Of a DNA stretch of 64,000 nt, positions 61,764 through 64,000 are shown one piece after another (within the stretch, counting starts at the first letter, position 1; each line of letters opens with the position of its first letter). Below the pieces are notes generated by a model. That model was not told the DNA's origin. It searched no databases and saw only the letters and a program-made list of their open reading frames with translations. Source of the DNA: Squalus acanthias. Its lineage: Eukaryota. A program made the position numbers and the translations under genes. Location: positions 69,132,001 through 69,196,000 of the forward strand of contig CM059432.1 of assembly GCA_030390025.1 (NCBI GenBank), in the 5' to 3' direction.

Positions 61764-62200
61764 AGGGTAGAGTTTCTGCTTCGGGCACAATCGGGAAATT
61801 GCACCCAAAATGCGCTTGAAATTGTGCTGGTTCGGTTACAGATCAGTTTCTGGTAAAATTCATTTGTATAATCACAAATGTCAAATCTTCCATGAACCAG
61901 CGCAATCGGGCAGCGTAATAGAACATATTTGCTTCTTTTTTCCATTAAAAAGTATTCATTGATGTTTTTAAGAGTGGTAACCTGGTGTAGTTTTATTAAT
62001 ACAGCTAAAAATGTGTTTATCACCAAAAATAAGCATTTTTAATATTGGTGTCCAGTCCTCCACCTGTGATTTAAAATCACTGAAAATTACTTAAAAAAGC
62101 TACTGAACCATTTAATCGTTCCATTGGTGTACACTAGACTGTTTCTTAGCAAATCAAATATTTTTTGCAAAACGTGCCTACTACTGCCTGTGCACCTATG
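61764..62200 (+). repeat. DNA-transposon-like repeat (Harbinger-type end)
   Basis: GGGTAGAGTTTCTG start; inverted match to 49560-49987. Confidence 0.65.
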
Positions 62201-62964
62201 AAAGTGGATGGAATTTGAAGAGCCTTCCCGAACCAATGTAATCGGCAGAATTTCGCAATTTTGACCTGGGGGCGTGGCCAGTTTTCCGGCCGGGGCCTGA
62301 TCCAGCTGAATTGAACCTTGAACCAGCGGAAAAGATCACGGAAAACATGAACGTAAATGGTTTTCGCCGTAACTCACTTACGTTTAAAATTCCCCGATCT
62401 TTTGTGCTGGTTCGGCCGATTCCACCCAGGTTGCGTTGATATTACTATCGTAAACAACCTGATTCTGGACAACTGCTGAGCTGGATGGACTGAATGGCTT
62501 ATTATTGTTCCTACATTCAAAGTTTCTTGTCGGTACTGAAAAGTTTTCTATTTTCACAGTCTGTACCTCCTTTAACTCATGCTATTATCAAGAACGATTT
62601 ACTGTATTTTTCTAGAAATGACTGCTATGAAGTGAAATTACAAAAACACTTTTTAAAATGAATAATGAATAATTCATTACGAGACATAATTGTATCTTGT
62701 CTTAGTTTTAACTGTAGTGGCAAAATATTGTCTTTTTTCTACCAGTTTTTGGAACTCGGATTCAGTTTTCCCTTCTCAACCCAGGGGCATGGAGGGCCTT
62801 CCCAATATACCAGCTAAAATTAGTTAACACAGACCAGAGACTGAAGCAGGGATAATAGAATCATAGAATCATACTGCACAGAAGGAGGCAATTTGGCCCA
62901 TTGTGCCTGTGCCAGCTCTTTGATAGAACTATCCAATTAGTCCCACGCCCCTGCTCCCCTGCCT

Positions 62965-63382
62965 CGATTTTAAAATTCTCATCCTTGTTTTCAAATCCCT
63001 CCATGGCCTCACCCTTCCCTATCTCTGTAATCTCCTCCAGCCCCACACCCCCCACCCCCTCCAAGGTATCAGCGCTCCTCTAATTCTGGACTCTTCAGCA
63101 TCCCTGATTATAATCGCTCAATCATTGGTGGCCGTGCCTTCTGTTGCCTCGGCCCTAAGCTCTGGAATTCCCTGCCTAAGCCTCTCCGCCTTGCTACCTC
63201 TCTTTCCTCCTTTAAGACGCTCCTTAAAACCTACCTCTTTGACCAAGCTTTTGGTCATCTGCCCTAATTTCTCCTTATGTGGCTCGGTGTCAAATTTTTG
63301 TTTTATAAAACTCCTGTGAAGCACCTTGGGACGTTTTACTATGTTAAAGGTTCTATATGAATACAAGTTGTTGTTGTTGTTG
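62965..63382 (+). mobile_element. L2 LINE 3' end
   Basis: Closely matches 34500-34922; (GTT)n tail. Confidence 0.92.
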
Positions 63383-63682
63383 CTCTTTCCCCATAGCAAA
63401 TTTTCCAAAATTAGCATATGACAAGTACGAAATTGATACGTATTCAGCAGGATTAGAGATCCCACCCTCCTCTGATGATGGCAACATTTGGGGCAGGTGA
63501 AGGCTTCATCCCCAACAGGCCCAAAAGCGGAACATCACCGCAAGGCCAGGGCCTGGTGTACCCACAAGATAAAAACCTCAGCCAATTAGGGAAAATAATC
63601 TGGAAAAATCTTCTCCGACCCCTTCAGGCAATCGAAACTAGTCCAGGAGACCATTCTGGCCCTGATTAATGTTATACGATAC

Positions 63683-64000
63683 CTACCTTTTGTAAGAGGT
63701 GATCTCCACCCCAGCCAGAAACAGATCCAACTCTCGTTTGAAGAAATTCAGTGAATAGGTGTCCACCACACGAGCCGGCAGCCTGTTCCACAGATCCACT
63801 ATTCTCTGGGAAAAGAACCACCTCCTAACATTTAATCTAATTCTGCCTTTACATAACTTGGGACCCCTGACCCTCCCTAACCGATTTAGTTGAAACAAAT
63901 TGTCTACACAAACACAATCCAATCCCTTCATAATCTTATGAACCTCAATCAAATCATCCCTATGTCTACACTTTTCTAAAGGGTAGAGACCAGTTCTTTG
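63683..64000 (-). mobile_element. Old CR1 3' fragment, runs off the window end
   Basis: IEVHKIMKG..FFSQRIVDLWNRLP..FKRELD. Confidence 0.85.

Overview
This is a repeat-dense vertebrate window, most likely intronic or intergenic DNA of a cartilaginous fish (shark). The taxon is inferred from HER1-like CR1 LINEs and SacSINE1-like DeuSINEs recognised from memory, not from a search. I could not recognise any host protein-coding gene, tRNA, rRNA or CRISPR array. The main feature is an apparently intact ~4.2 kb autonomous PIF/Harbinger DNA transposon (39466-43666). It carries an uninterrupted 386-aa HARBI1-like DDE transposase (+) and a convergent three-exon Myb/SANT-like gene (-, 451 aa when spliced by hand), and is accompanied by several deleted relatives and MITEs. 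Two families of Penelope-like elements carry minimal type I hammerhead ribozymes; family A forms short TSD-flanked palindromes, one with back-to-back ribozymes. Also present: two TSD-flanked solo LTRs (1704 bp and 228 bp), CR1, L2, RTE and Vingi LINE fragments, and nested SINEs. Boundaries of old degraded repeats are approximate (tens of bp).
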